From assembly GCA_963815195.1 (NCBI GenBank), contig CAWFGE010000015.1, forward strand, positions 576,001 to 640,000: 64,000 bases of DNA, written 5' to 3'. Position numbers and translations under genes: made by a program. Shown piece by piece: positions 1-10,620 of this stretch (its first letter is position 1; the number at the start of each line of letters is the position of its first letter). This DNA is from an uncultured Planctomycetaceae bacterium. Its GTDB lineage: Bacteria > Planctomycetota > Planctomycetia > Planctomycetales > Planctomycetaceae. The notes beneath the pieces were generated by a model. That model was given only the letters and a program-made list of their open reading frames with translations, was not told the DNA's origin and did not search any database.

Positions 1-103
1 GCCGGCGGACGCGCGACTTGGCCTGGGTCCGATTCGCCCGCAGCCGCTGTTTTACGTTGGGAGATTGGGGGGAAGGGTTCCAATCTTTCGTGCCTTTGCT
101 CAT
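1..103 (-). CDS. 5' end of a gene running off the window (MSKGTKDWNPSPQSPNVKQRLRANRTQAKSRVRR...)
   Basis: ATG at 103 on the minus strand with an open frame to the window edge; no recognisable motif. Confidence 0.35.
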   Translation of the reverse strand, partial: MSKGTKDWNPSPQSPNVKQRLRANRTQAKSRVRR

Positions 104-468
104 GGGAGGGTCTCTCTCGTTGGGTTTTCTGTTGATTCCCAACGTCCGTGTCGCGACCCGGCCACTGAACACCTGGATGGCACCCCTCGCCCGGATCGTC
201 ATAGCATCGTGGTAACAATCCATCCTACGCGGAGCCGCGAAGCACTATCAAGGTGTACATCGCAAGTGCCGATCGCGCGACGGGTTACGACGGGGAATTA
301 CCCAGACGGAACCTGGGCAAAAACGCCGTCTGCGCATAGTCATACGCACAGTAGTCGAGCTAAGTTCTGAGCAACCCAAGAGTTGCACACAGAAAATCCG
401 CGAAGCAAAAGCGGAGAGGAGAATTCGCAGGCCCGGCGGCTGTTCAGAGACCGCTGCAACTTCTTGCA

Positions 469-481
469 AATCAATAACTTA
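469..481 (+). promoter_or_regulatory. IHF-like binding site
   Basis: AATCAATAACTTA matches WATCAANNNNTTR in an AT-rich intergenic region. Confidence 0.35.
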
Positions 482-502
482 CAGAATTTTTCTTCTCTGC
501 GG

Positions 503-3492
503 TTAGGGTTTCACCGCCCCGATGTAGGGTTGGAGATCGACTTCAAACTTGCCGACTTTCTCGGCAGGCGGGCTCGGTTTTGGCAGTTTGCCGGCGTCGG
601 CGGGGGCGAGGAAGCGGGGGTCGCCCGGTTCCTTCGACGTAAAGGTCAGTTTCAAACCGGCTTGGGCGGTTTTGCCCGTGAAGAGTTTGAGTTCCTGCTT
701 GTCGCCGGGCTTGGTTTTGTCGCCGGTGGTCCAATTGGCATCGATGGCGTTGCCCTTGAGGTCCTGCTTGGCGAACTTGTCGGCGTCGCCTTTGAGGAGC
801 GCCGCCTCCTGGTTTTTGATGTCCGCAAACAGGTTGCGCTGCAGGCCGAACTCGTTGACCGAACCGGGCGTCTGGGCAAAGGTCACGCCCTGCGCCAGGT
901 TGTAGAATGTGTTGTTGCCGACGATCACGCGATCGAGCGCGGTGTTCCCCGTGAACTCGATCCCCGCGCCTTTGCCGTCGCCCGCGAAGATGTTGGAGAG
1001 CACGCGCAGGCTCTTCACCCCGCTTTTGACTTCCAAGCCGGCTTTCATCAGCCCGAGAAACCGGCAGTTTTGGACGAGGATTTCTTGCTGGAGCGCCGAT
1101 CCGCTCACGATGTCGCCGGTGTTTTCCAGCAAAAGCCCGGTCGTGTTCGCCCCCGAACCACGAAAGGTCACGCCGTCGAACACCACCGTTCCCTGCTTGT
1201 TGAACAGGGGAGGGCTGCCGAAGATGGAGTCGGCCGCGATGCCGGTTTTTTGATAGCCTTTGAGCGTCAGCTTCCGCAGTTGGGTTTTGGCGAGATCGCC
1301 TTGAAGTTTGATCGCAGTGCTTTTGCCCGTCGCATCGATCACGAGGTTCTCGATGTGCAAATCCTTGACGCCGTCGGCGAGGCGAATCACGGGACTCGCC
1401 CCGGACGGTTTCAGCGTCGCGGGGTTCTTGGCGTCGGTCGTGATGCGGATTTGCTCCGGGAACGGCTGCTTGGCCATGTACCGGTTCTCGAGGTCGATCC
1501 GTTCCGGGAAGACTTCGCCGGCCGCCAGACGAATCTCCTGCGGACCTTCGGCATCCAGCGGGTCGTAATGTTTTCGCACGTAGCTCAAGGCTTTGTTCAG
1601 CGTGGGAAACTGGCCGCCTTGGCCCACGCGAATGGGTTGGCCGAGCAGGCTGTCGTCCGTGGGGCCGTTGCCGTTGCCGTCTTGAATTTCCGGATCGGCT
1701 TTGCCGGCGTCGTCCCCGCCTCCGATCATCCAAAACGCCCCCATACCCAAGAGCAGCACGGCGAGCACGGCTCCCGCGACTGCCAGCAGGCGCTTATTTT
1801 GCACCAGATTCTTGGCGGTTCCGGACGACTTTTTCCGCGACTGCGTCCGCACGGGCGTCGCACTGACGACCGTCGGCACCGCGGAATCCGGCGATGTGTC
1901 GATGACGAACGGGTTGTCCGAAGCGGGAACGGGAAACACAAGCTCGTCCGCCACGGCGGTTTGCGTGGACGAATTGGGCACCGCCGCCGCGACAGGGACC
2001 GCCGGTTTCGCGGCGGGCGGCTTCGCCGGTGAGGTTTTTGACGAGGCCGGTTTCGCGGAGTGAACGGGCCGGGCGACGGGCGGGGCGTGGCGGGATTTGT
2101 CCCCCGCCGGTTTGCGCGCGGGACCGGATTGGGTTCCGCGGATTCTGGCGGCGGCTCAGTTTTCGGCGACGCGATTTGCGAATCCGCCGCTCCCAGATTG
2201 GCGAGAAAGGCGGACAACTCGCTGCCGGGATCTTCGGCCGGTTCCGGCATCTGGATCTTGGCGGGCTTTGGCGCTTCCGCGGGGGGGGCGGGCGGCGTTT
2301 GCACCTCGACCGCCCGGGCGACCGGAATCACCGGCTTGGCGACGAGCACGTCCTTGGAATGGCCGGCGAGTTTCTGGCTGCTGCCGCTTTGTTTCTTGCC
2401 GCTGCCGCTCAATCCGGGATGGGCCTCTTGCCATTCCTCGTTGCCGTGCTCCCCGAGCCATTGGGTCAGATCCTCCGCGACTTCGTCGGCCGTCTGATAG
2501 CGTTCGTCCCGCTTTTTGGCCATCATCTTTTGGAGGATCGCGACCAGGTCGGCGGGCATGTCGGGACGGTCGTCGGTCACGGCCGGCGGCTCTTTGGTTT
2601 GATGGCTCATCAGCCGCTGGGCGAGCGTTCCCTCGGTAAACGGAGGATGTCCCGTCACCAAAAAGTAAAACGTACAGCCCAAGCTGTAAATATCCGCGCG
2701 GGCGTCCACGCTGTGGCTGTCGAGGGCCTGTTCCGGGGCGAGATAATCCGCGGTCCCCAGCACTTTTTCGTCATGGGCGACCGTGAGCGATTCCTCGTCG
2801 CCGTCGTTGAAAAACCGCGCGAGCCCCATGTCCAGCAGCTTGACGACGCCGTTGCGATCGATCAGCAGGTTCCCGGGCTTGATGTCGCGGTGCACCATCC
2901 CGGCGTGATGGGCATGCGCCAGCCCCGATGCGCTCTGGCGGATGTAGTCGGCCGCCGTTTGATAATCGAGCCGCCCATCCTGATTGATGATTTCCTGCAA
3001 ACTCCGGCCGTCGACAAATTCCATCACCAGGAAATGGATTTCCGTGTCTTTTTCCATTTCCTTGTCGACATCGTAGGCCTTGATGATGTTCGGGTGATCC
3101 AGCGACGCGACCGCCTGGGCTTCGCGGTGAAACCGGCCGAGATAGGAGGTGTCGTTGACGCGCTTCGTCGGCAGGACCTTGATCGCGCACTGCCGGCGCA
3201 TGAGCACATGTTCCGCCAGGTACACGGAACTCATTCCGCCTTTGCCCAGCAGTCTCAGCAAGCGGTATTTGCCGAGAAAAAACCCCTTGTGTTTGCCTTG
3301 CAGGAGTTTATCGGCTTGCCAGCGGGTGAGCAGGCCGCGTTCGACGAGTTGGTCCGCAATCTCCCGCGAGCTGTCGACCGAAACACCTTCCTCGCGCAGC
3401 TCGGCCAGCGTGCGTTTCAGGACATCCGCAGTGACCAGATTGCTTTGCTTGACGACGTTGAGAAACGATTCTGAAGTCAGTTTGATTGACAT
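503..3492 (-). CDS. Hanks-type Ser/Thr protein kinase with Pro/Ala linker, TM helix and C-terminal right-handed beta-helix (pectin-lyase-like) domain; split by a frameshift near 2060-2110
   Basis: ORF 1726-3492 has LGKGGMSSVY, AIKVL, HRDIKPGN, DMGLAR, GTADYLAPE; ORF 503-1981 has a TM segment (LLAVAGAVLAVLLLGMGAFW), GQFPTLNKAL and Asn-ladder repeats. Confidence 0.85.
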
Positions 3493-3846
3493 CGCAATGC
3501 TGCCTGAAAGCCTTGTCGCTTTTGCCGGTCGGTCAAGAGTTTGAAGCTCGCGAGATGGTCACGAGAAAAGAGGGGATGCAAGACGAATGGCCCGATACCT
3601 GATTTATCGGAGAATCCGCGGAAAGTCGCAAGGATAATTCATACGAAGAATTGTGAGGAACGCACGGAGAGACGATTTCCAAAGGGAAGGCCACCCGTAG
3701 AAGTCTTTACCTTACCAACCGCTGTGTGCCGTTTCCAGCCTGAGAATTCCCGCCGCGTCGGATCGGCCTGCCAAAACCGCCCGAATTGCGATAAAACAGA
3801 GGGCAGAGGCCACAGGAATTCCATTGAGAATTGGGAACGAAAATTC

Positions 3847-4389
3847 ATGGGCGAACCATCTCAACAATCCGCCGAACGAAAAACGCCCGACCCGCTGCCG
3901 GGGGAACGCTTTCCGGGGCAGGGCGGTTTGGGATCGGCGCTGTTGCTCGTCGGGGCTGCGATTGCGGTGCTGGCGGTGATCGACCGCACGTCGGGGCTGC
4001 CCTTTTCCATGCCCCGCACCTGGTACAATGACCGGACGCTGTGGTATTTCTTCGCCTTGGCGAGCTTTCTCGCCGGCGTGTTCTTGCAGCGGAGTCCACC
4101 CACCGAATCGCGCGGCTGGCAGCCCGAGGTCCCGGGCCGGCGGTTCGAGCGGGTCGTGATCTACACCCGCGACGATTGCCATCTCTGCGCTCAGGCAAAA
4201 GATGTGCTCTGGGCGCACCGCCATTGTCTGCCGGAGATCGAGGAAGTGGACATCGCCGGCGATCCCGCGCTTCTGGAAAAATTTTCCGAGCAGATTCCGG
4301 TCGTGGAAATCGACGGCCAGATTCGCTTTCGCGGGCAGGTGAACGAAGTCCTCCTCCGCCGGCTGATCGAAGCCCATCCGCCGCATTAA
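3847..4389 (+). CDS. membrane-anchored glutaredoxin-like (DUF836-type) protein
   Basis: two N-terminal TM helices, YTRDDCHLC redox motif, IPVVEIDG. Confidence 0.75.
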   Translation: MGEPSQQSAERKTPDPLPGERFPGQGGLGSALLLVGAAIAVLAVIDRTSGLPFSMPRTWYNDRTLWYFFALASFLAGVFLQRSPPTESRGWQPEVPGRRFERVVIYTRDDCHLCAQAKDVLWAHRHCLPEIEEVDIAGDPALLEKFSEQIPVVEIDGQIRFRGQVNEVLLRRLIEAHPPH

Positions 4390-4390
4390 G

Positions 4391-4470
4391 TGAGCGGTCG
4401 GAAGATTAGCCGCCGGCCTTGTAATATCCAAATTTCCGTTGAAAAGGCGGGGGCTACGCCCTTCCGCTCA
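4391..4470. repeat. degenerate REPIN, TGAGCGG family
   Basis: TGAGCGGTCGGAAGATTAGCCGCCGG ... GGCGGGGGCTACGCCCTTCCGCTCA inverted arms resembling the copies at 5928 and 12757. Confidence 0.6.
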
Positions 4471-4544
4471 TATTTTGCGGCTTCGCGAACTTCAAAACTT
4501 GCGCTTCGGGATAATGAACAATTCGATTTAGCGGAAACTCCAAC

Positions 4545-5217
4545 ATGCAGCGGGTCTTGGGGATTTATGTCAAACATCCGGCGGCCGGGGCAGGTGAAAA
4601 CTCGCCTGGCCGCCGCGCTGGGCCCCACAGCGGCGGCGGAACTCTATGGGGCATTTCTCGCGGACTTGACGAGCCGCTTTCGCGATGCCGGGGATCGGCG
4701 GTTTTTGTGCTATTCTCCCGACACGCCCGAAGCCGCCGCTTGGTTTAAGGACCTCGCCGGCACCGATTATGAACTCTGGCCGCAACCGCCCGGTTCGCTC
4801 GAACCGCGTTTGCAGAAATTTTTCTCGTTCGCCCAGGAAGAAGACGCAGATCGAACCGTCGTCATCGGCTCCGACAGCCCCACGCTGCCCCGCGAATTTG
4901 TCGAACTGGCCTTTGAGCGATTATCGACGACCGATTGCCTCCTGGGACCGGCGACCGATGGAGGTTACTATCTGCTTGGCCTCAAAAAGCCGCTGCCGAT
5001 TTTCCACGCCATCGATTGGAGCACGCCCAACGTCCTCCCCCAAACCGTCGCGCATCTCCGGGAATGCCGAGCCAGCCTGGAACTCCTGCCGCCCTGGTAC
5101 GATGTGGACACCGCGGAAGACCTGGACTGGCTCCGCGCCCATGTGCAAGCCCTGACCTACGCAAAGGATTCCGTCATCGAAACCCTGGCTCAAACGCGAA
5201 GCCTCCTCGGCCAATAG
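4545..5217 (+). CDS. DUF2064 / TIGR04282-type glycosyltransferase-like protein (CofC-like fold); frameshift near 4580
   Basis: MQRVLGIYVKHP joins PGQVKTRLAA; IGSDSPTL, LGPATDGGYYLLG, WYDVDTAEDL motifs. Confidence 0.85.
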
Positions 5218-5456
5218 TTTTTCGGGCTCTTCCGGCGAATCGGGGGGACGCGGATGATCTTTTCACAAGATATTCTTTCACACCGTCGTTGTTGCCCCTG
5301 ATTATCCGGAAGAACCGTTTTTCCGCACTCCAGACTGGGAGCCTTCGCCGCCGATTCGCTATAATCTCCCTGCGACGGATAACAAATTGACCGCAAAATC
5401 CCATCAATCCTGCTCCAGAATCTCTGCGGAGCCTTATCTTCGGAAATCGATGTCCA

Positions 5457-5915
5457 ATGGCTGACCAACCCCCCTCGAGAATTTTGATCGCCGACGACAA
5501 CCAGCAGAACTGCGAGCTTCTGGACGCATACTTGTCGGACGAGGATTACGAAATCGCGATGGCCTATGATGGGCGGCAAACGTTGGACCGGGCCGCCGAT
5601 TGGGAGCCCGATCTGATTTTGCTGGACATCATGATGCCCAAACTCAGCGGCTACGAAGTCTGCCAAAAGCTCAAGTCGGACGAAGAGACGCGGGCGATCC
5701 CGATTTTGATGGTCACGGCTCTCAACGAAAAAAACGACATCGAGAAAGCCGTGCAGGCGGGCTGCGACGATTTCCTCACCAAGCCCATCAACCAGTTGGA
5801 GCTGAAAACCCGCGTGCGGTCGCTGCTCCGAGTTCGGCATCTCACCAACGAGCGCGACCGCCTCCTTGCGTACCTCGCCGAGGTCGAACGCCACCTCCCC
5901 AACCGCCCGTCTTAG
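5457..5915 (+). CDS. single-domain response regulator (PleD-like receiver)
   Basis: ILIADD, LILLDIMMP, MVTA, DDFLTKP. Confidence 0.9.
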   Translation: MADQPPSRILIADDNQQNCELLDAYLSDEDYEIAMAYDGRQTLDRAADWEPDLILLDIMMPKLSGYEVCQKLKSDEETRAIPILMVTALNEKNDIEKAVQAGCDDFLTKPINQLELKTRVRSLLRVRHLTNERDRLLAYLAEVERHLPNRPS

Positions 5916-5927
5916 TTCCTCAGAATA

Positions 5928-5992
5928 TGAGCGGCACGGCGCTAGCCGCCGGTTCCGTCCACCAAACCGGCGGCTACGCGCCGTGCCGCTCA
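5928..5992. repeat. REPIN, TGAGCGG family
   Basis: TGAGCGGCACGGCGCTAGCCGCCGGTT ... AACCGGCGGCTACGCGCCGTGCCGCTCA inverted repeat. Confidence 0.85.
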
Positions 5993-6007
5993 CAAATACC
6001 AATCAGC

Positions 6008-7210
6008 ATGTCGATAACCAACGGAAAGATTGTTCTCAAGCCCAAACGGGCGCTGCCGTTTTATTCCCGGCATCCGTGGGTGTTTTCGGGGGCGGTCAAA
6101 CGCATCGAAGGCAGCCCCGAGGCCGGGGACGTGGTGGATCTCGTCGCGAGCGACGGCGAGTTCATCGCCCGCGGACTGTATAACCCCCACAGCAACATCA
6201 AAGTCCGTCTGTACGCCTGGGACGAAAAGGCGGAGCTGGACGAGGGCTTCTGGTCCGTGCGTCTCGATTCCGCGCTCGCGCTTTGCGCGCAGCTTTTTCC
6301 CCAGGCCGATGCAGAGACCGCTTACCGCGCGGTGTTCAGCGAATCCGACGGGCTATCGGGTTTGATCGTCGATCGCTACGGCGATTTTCTCTTGGTGCAG
6401 TTTACGAGCCTTGCGCTCTGGAAGCGGCGGGAATCTCTCACGCGGATGCTCCAGGAGAAATGCAACCCCCGCGGGATGTGGATCCGCACGGAGAAGGGCA
6501 TCCGCGAAAGCGAAGGGCTGGAACTCGCCGACGGCCTGTTGAGTGGAAGCGAACCGCCGCGGCCGCTGGTCATCAACGAGCATGGCATTCGCTATGGCGT
6601 GGATGTGGTCACCGGCCAGAAGACGGGCACGTTTTTGGATCAGCGGGACAACCGGGCCGCCGCCGCGCGTTATATGGCCGGGCACCGGGTGCTCGATCTG
6701 TTTTGTTACGCCGGCGGGTTCGGGATCGCGGCTCTCAAACTCGGCGGGGCACACTCCGTGATCGCCGCGGATGTGTCCGAATCCGCTCTCGAAACCGCCC
6801 GGGGCAACGCCGAGCGCAACGGGGTCGCGGACCGTATTGAATTCCAGAAATCCAACGCCTACGACATGCTCGAACAATTGGCCGAGCGGGGCGAGCGGTT
6901 TCAGTCGGTGGTTCTCGATCCGCCCAAGATGACCCGGCACCGCGCGGGGGTGACCAAAGCTCTCCGCGGTTATCACAGCCTGAACCGGCTCGCGGTCGAT
7001 TTATTGGAGCCGGGCGGGATTCTGGTGTCGTGCAGTTGCTCGGGACTTGTCAGCCGGGAGGAGTTCGCCCACATGCTCGCCGAGGTCAGCCTGCGCTCGG
7101 ACCGGGCGATTCAGTTTCTGGAACTCCGCGGGCAGGCTGCGGACCATCCCATCTCCGCCCATTGCCCGGAGACCAGCTACCTCAAATGCTTCATCTGCCG
7201 GGTGGTGTAG
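6008..7210 (+). CDS. rlmI: RlmI-family SAM-dependent 23S rRNA methyltransferase with PUA domain
   Basis: HPWVFSG, ESDGLSGLIVDRY, GQKTGTFLDQRDNR, VLDLFCYAGGF, VVLDPP. Confidence 0.85.
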   Translation: MSITNGKIVLKPKRALPFYSRHPWVFSGAVKRIEGSPEAGDVVDLVASDGEFIARGLYNPHSNIKVRLYAWDEKAELDEGFWSVRLDSALALCAQLFPQADAETAYRAVFSESDGLSGLIVDRYGDFLLVQFTSLALWKRRESLTRMLQEKCNPRGMWIRTEKGIRESEGLELADGLLSGSEPPRPLVINEHGIRYGVDVVTGQKTGTFLDQRDNRAAAARYMAGHRVLDLFCYAGGFGIAALKLGGAHSVIAADVSESALETARGNAERNGVADRIEFQKSNAYDMLEQLAERGERFQSVVLDPPKMTRHRAGVTKALRGYHSLNRLAVDLLEPGGILVSCSCSGLVSREEFAHMLAEVSLRSDRAIQFLELRGQAADHPISAHCPETSYLKCFICRVV

Positions 7211-7211
7211 C

Positions 7212-8322
7212 ATGGCAAAACGCCGGTCCCGCCGCGCCGATTCGCGGAAGGCTTCGCCGGGCTTGTCGCCGCGGTCGGCGGAGCAGCTTCTGATCGATGC
7301 CCTCGCCGAGTTTCCTGCGAGCCGGGTGTTTTGCACCTCCCTGGGGCGGGCCCAATTGGCCCGGCGGTATGCGGAGCAGTTTCCCGATTCGCAGGCGACG
7401 TGTTTGTTCCTGGACATCTATGAAACCCGCCGCGCGGAGACCTTCGAACCCATCCCGGCGAACCTCGAGATCCTCTGTGCGACGGATTCCGCCGGAGGAC
7501 GAGTTCGACCTGGTGCTATTGCCGTTGACCCAAGGCGGGGAAGCGGAACTCGCGCGGGACCTGATGCAGTCCGCCCATCAGCGGCTTTCAGTCGGCGGAC
7601 AAATGGTCGCGGGCGTCGACAATCCCAAAGACACCTGGCTGCACGGAGAGATGCAAGCCCTGTTCACGAAAGTCACCCGCCGGGCGGAAGAGGGCGGCGT
7701 GATCTACGTCGGCACGAAACGCGAGCCTTTGAAGAAGCTGAAGAACTTTCGCAGCGAGTTCAAGTTCCGCGACGGCGACAACTTGATTAGCGTCGTCACT
7801 CGGCCCGGCGTCTTCAGCCACCGCCGACTCGACACCGGAGCCCGCGCGCTGCTGGAAGCCATGGCAATCAACCCCGGCGATCGCGTCCTGGACCTGGGCT
7901 CTGGGGCAGGGGTGTTGTCGCTCGCCGCGGCATTGCGCGCGGCGGATGTCAACGTCCTGGCGATCGATTCCAACGCCCGCGCCCTCGGGTGCACGCACGA
8001 AAGCGCAGCCCTCAACGGCATCGAGACCATCACCACTCGGCTCAACGCCAACGCCAAGGTCGAGGAAGAAGTCCTGGGCACATTCGATGTCGTGCTCGCG
8101 ATCCCGCCTTACTTCTCCAACGACCGCATCGCCGAGGTGTTTTTGAAAGGCGCGTCCCGGGCGCTCAAGCCGGGCGGCGAAGCGCTGTTCGTCGCCAAGA
8201 GTTCCGAGTGGTACGAAGAGAACATGCCCCGCCGATTTCGGGACGTCACGGTGGAAACCGCGCGAGGCTACTCGGTCATCAGAGGCCGGAACCGCGACGC
8301 CAACGACCGCCGGCAGCGATAA
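7212..8322 (+). CDS. RsmC/MTS-family small methyltransferase; frameshift near 7490
   Basis: PGVFSHRRLDTGARALL, VLDLGSGAG, (N/I)PPY-like motif; N-terminus lies in another frame (MAKRRSRR...). Confidence 0.8.
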
Positions 8323-8476
8323 AAAAACGGATTTCCGCGTGATCCGCGCTGCGTTCGTTTGCGTTCTCCCAAAAGGGCCCGGCGGGTTTTGGGGTTGTGT
8401 TCTCGAATTCCGCCTTCGACAATTGAGGTACGAATTTGTAATCCGCATTGATCGATTTTTCAGTAGGGAGTGAAGA

Positions 8477-9154
8477 ATGCACGCGATCCTCCTCGCCTCC
8501 GTGCTGGCGGCCACGCCGGTGGAAACGACCTGCGACTCGGCCCCGGCGGCGGCAGAGGAAATCACGCCCTTCGCCCAGACCGGCACGCTGATCTTCAGCC
8601 AAGGCGATTGCCTCGCCGTCCGCATCTTCACCAAAAGCCCGTACACGCACGTGGCGGCCGTGGTGATGGAAGACGGCAAACCCTACGTTTACGACAGCAT
8701 GAGCGGTGTCGGCGTCCGCCGATTGCCGCTCAAAAGATATTGCCAAAGCGAATGCCCCAACACAATGCACGTCTACAAGCCCGCATCCAAGTTCAACCCC
8801 CGGCGGAAGGAACTTTTCAAAGAGCACCTCAAAAGCGAGCTCGGCCGGGAGTACGGCGTCAAGCACCATCTCACCGGGAACCGTGCCGAGGGCATTCATT
8901 GTGCCGAGTATGTGATCGATGCGCTCTCCGCGTGCCGGCTGATGAAAGCCGAGCATCCCGCGAAAGTCTCCCCCGACAGCCTCCGCCGAGGCATCGAAAA
9001 GTCAAACCTTTACGACAAAGCCCTCGTCCTGGAAGTCAAAAAACCCGTGGACCGTGAGGCCGGCGACAACTGGTGCGATCAACTCTGGATCGACACCAAA
9101 CTCTGCACCCGCCAATGCTTCGGCCAACTGGGGCGGTGGTTTGCTTGTAAGTAG
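8477..9154 (+). CDS. secreted permuted papain-like (YiiX/YebB, NlpC/P60) amidase
   Basis: signal peptide; His before Cys order (SPYTHVAAV ... LGREY ... HCAEYV). Confidence 0.75.
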   Translation: MHAILLASVLAATPVETTCDSAPAAAEEITPFAQTGTLIFSQGDCLAVRIFTKSPYTHVAAVVMEDGKPYVYDSMSGVGVRRLPLKRYCQSECPNTMHVYKPASKFNPRRKELFKEHLKSELGREYGVKHHLTGNRAEGIHCAEYVIDALSACRLMKAEHPAKVSPDSLRRGIEKSNLYDKALVLEVKKPVDREAGDNWCDQLWIDTKLCTRQCFGQLGRWFACK

Positions 9155-9169
9155 GCGACGTGGATTTCG

Positions 9170-10479
9170 CTACGAACCACCGCTTTCCGCCGATTCCGAG
9201 AGCCGTTGGCGGGCTTCTTCGGCCCAGGGGCCGCGCTGGTCGTATTGCAGATAGGTTTCCCAGTGGAGCCGGGCGTCCGCGTGTTGGCCGAGGCTGTCCA
9301 AGAGCGCGGCTTTGTGGCGGTGGGCGTCGGGGTAGTCGGGATGGAACTCCAAGGCCACGCCAAACGCGGACAGCGCCTCCTCCGAACGCCCGCGCTCTTC
9401 CAAGACGCAGCCCAGCTGGGTCCAGGCTTCGATGTATTGATGATCGCATTCCACGGCGGCGTAGTAGCGTTCGGTCGAGGCGTCCAACTGCCCTTGCCGA
9501 TACAGCGCCTCCGCGAGGTGAAAATGCAATTCCGGATCGTGCGGGCTTTCCAACAGGCACAAGCGAAACGCCTGCACTGCTTGCTCCAGGTCTCCCGCAT
9601 CGGCCGCCTGCTGCCCGGCGGTGAGCCACTCGGCCGTCGTCCACTGCGTTGTGTCGGACTGTTGTGACGACGGATGATCAAAGGCGAGCAGACCAACCTG
9701 CGGTCGGTGCCCGCGTGAGCCCCATGATTGTTCCCCACCAGGTTCGACCAAATCATGGGGCTGACGCCCCACGCTCGCCTCGAAATCGAAATACCGCTGG
9801 CGGCTGACGGGTTCGATCAGCCCGGCATCGTCGCGGTAGAGCACGTGGCCGCCATCGACCAGGACTTCCAGCTGCCCCAGCGGGCGTTTGATGTCCGGCC
9901 AGATGTCCTCCAGGTTTTCCAGGCTCTCCTGCAGCTTTTGGCGGGAGATGCCCGATTCCAGAAGCTCCATCAGCCGGCGGGCTCCCGTGACTTCGCAGAA
10001 ATCGAAGTAGGGCAGCCGATACACTTTGCGGACCGGCCGGATTAGCCCCAGGCGTTCCCAACTGCGGATTTTTCCGACGGGCACGTTCAAGAGCTTGCTG
10101 AGCATCGCCGGCGTGTAGAGCCTTTGAATCTGATTCGTCTCTTCGCTCAATCCCAGGAGCCCCAGCCAATCGGATTCTTTGACGACCTTGATGTCGAAGC
10201 CCTGGGCGCGGAGGTCTTGAACTTGTTGGAGTTTCTGCGAAGGCTCGCCGTCGGGATCGAGCGGCCAGCCTTCCTCGCCGATGACGAGCATGGTCGTTTG
10301 CCGGCTGACGTGCTGCATCGCGCAGCCGCCGTGCTCCTCGGCCAAATCCTGAGCCTGCCGGTGCGTCATCGAAGCCAGCGTCCCGTAAACGCGACGTGCT
10401 CGCCCTGGAGCACCGGCGAACTGGGGAGTTCGGGGCTTTGTGCTTCGTCCGGTTTTTCTGCGGGGGGGTCGTCGTTCAT
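9170..10479 (-). CDS. BRCT + MerR-type HTH + TPR protein; frameshift near 10384
   Basis: LQGEHVAFTG/TLASM...TTMLVIGEEGW (BRCT), IRSWERLGLIRP (MerR HTH), C-terminal TPRs; likely true start ATG at 10479. Confidence 0.8.
9681..9780. repeat. REPIN (AGGCGAGC / ATCATGGGGCT family) inside a coding sequence
   Basis: both arms nearly identical to the intergenic copy at 55344-55455. Confidence 0.85.
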
Positions 10480-10620
10480 GGCGGGAATTTCGCATCGGAC
10501 ATCGGTGATTAGTCAATCCCCATTCGGATTGCTAAACTCTAAAACCGAACCGCCCAAGTTACAACAGGCGACAAAGGGCGAGAGCAAATTCAACGGACAA
10601 CTGACAAAGGACCACCCACG

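Noticed and set aside
290..350. c-di-GMP riboswitch upstream of the partial gene
   Set aside because: Only a short hairpin and GGCAAA are present; the GNRA/receptor and second-stem consensus are missing.
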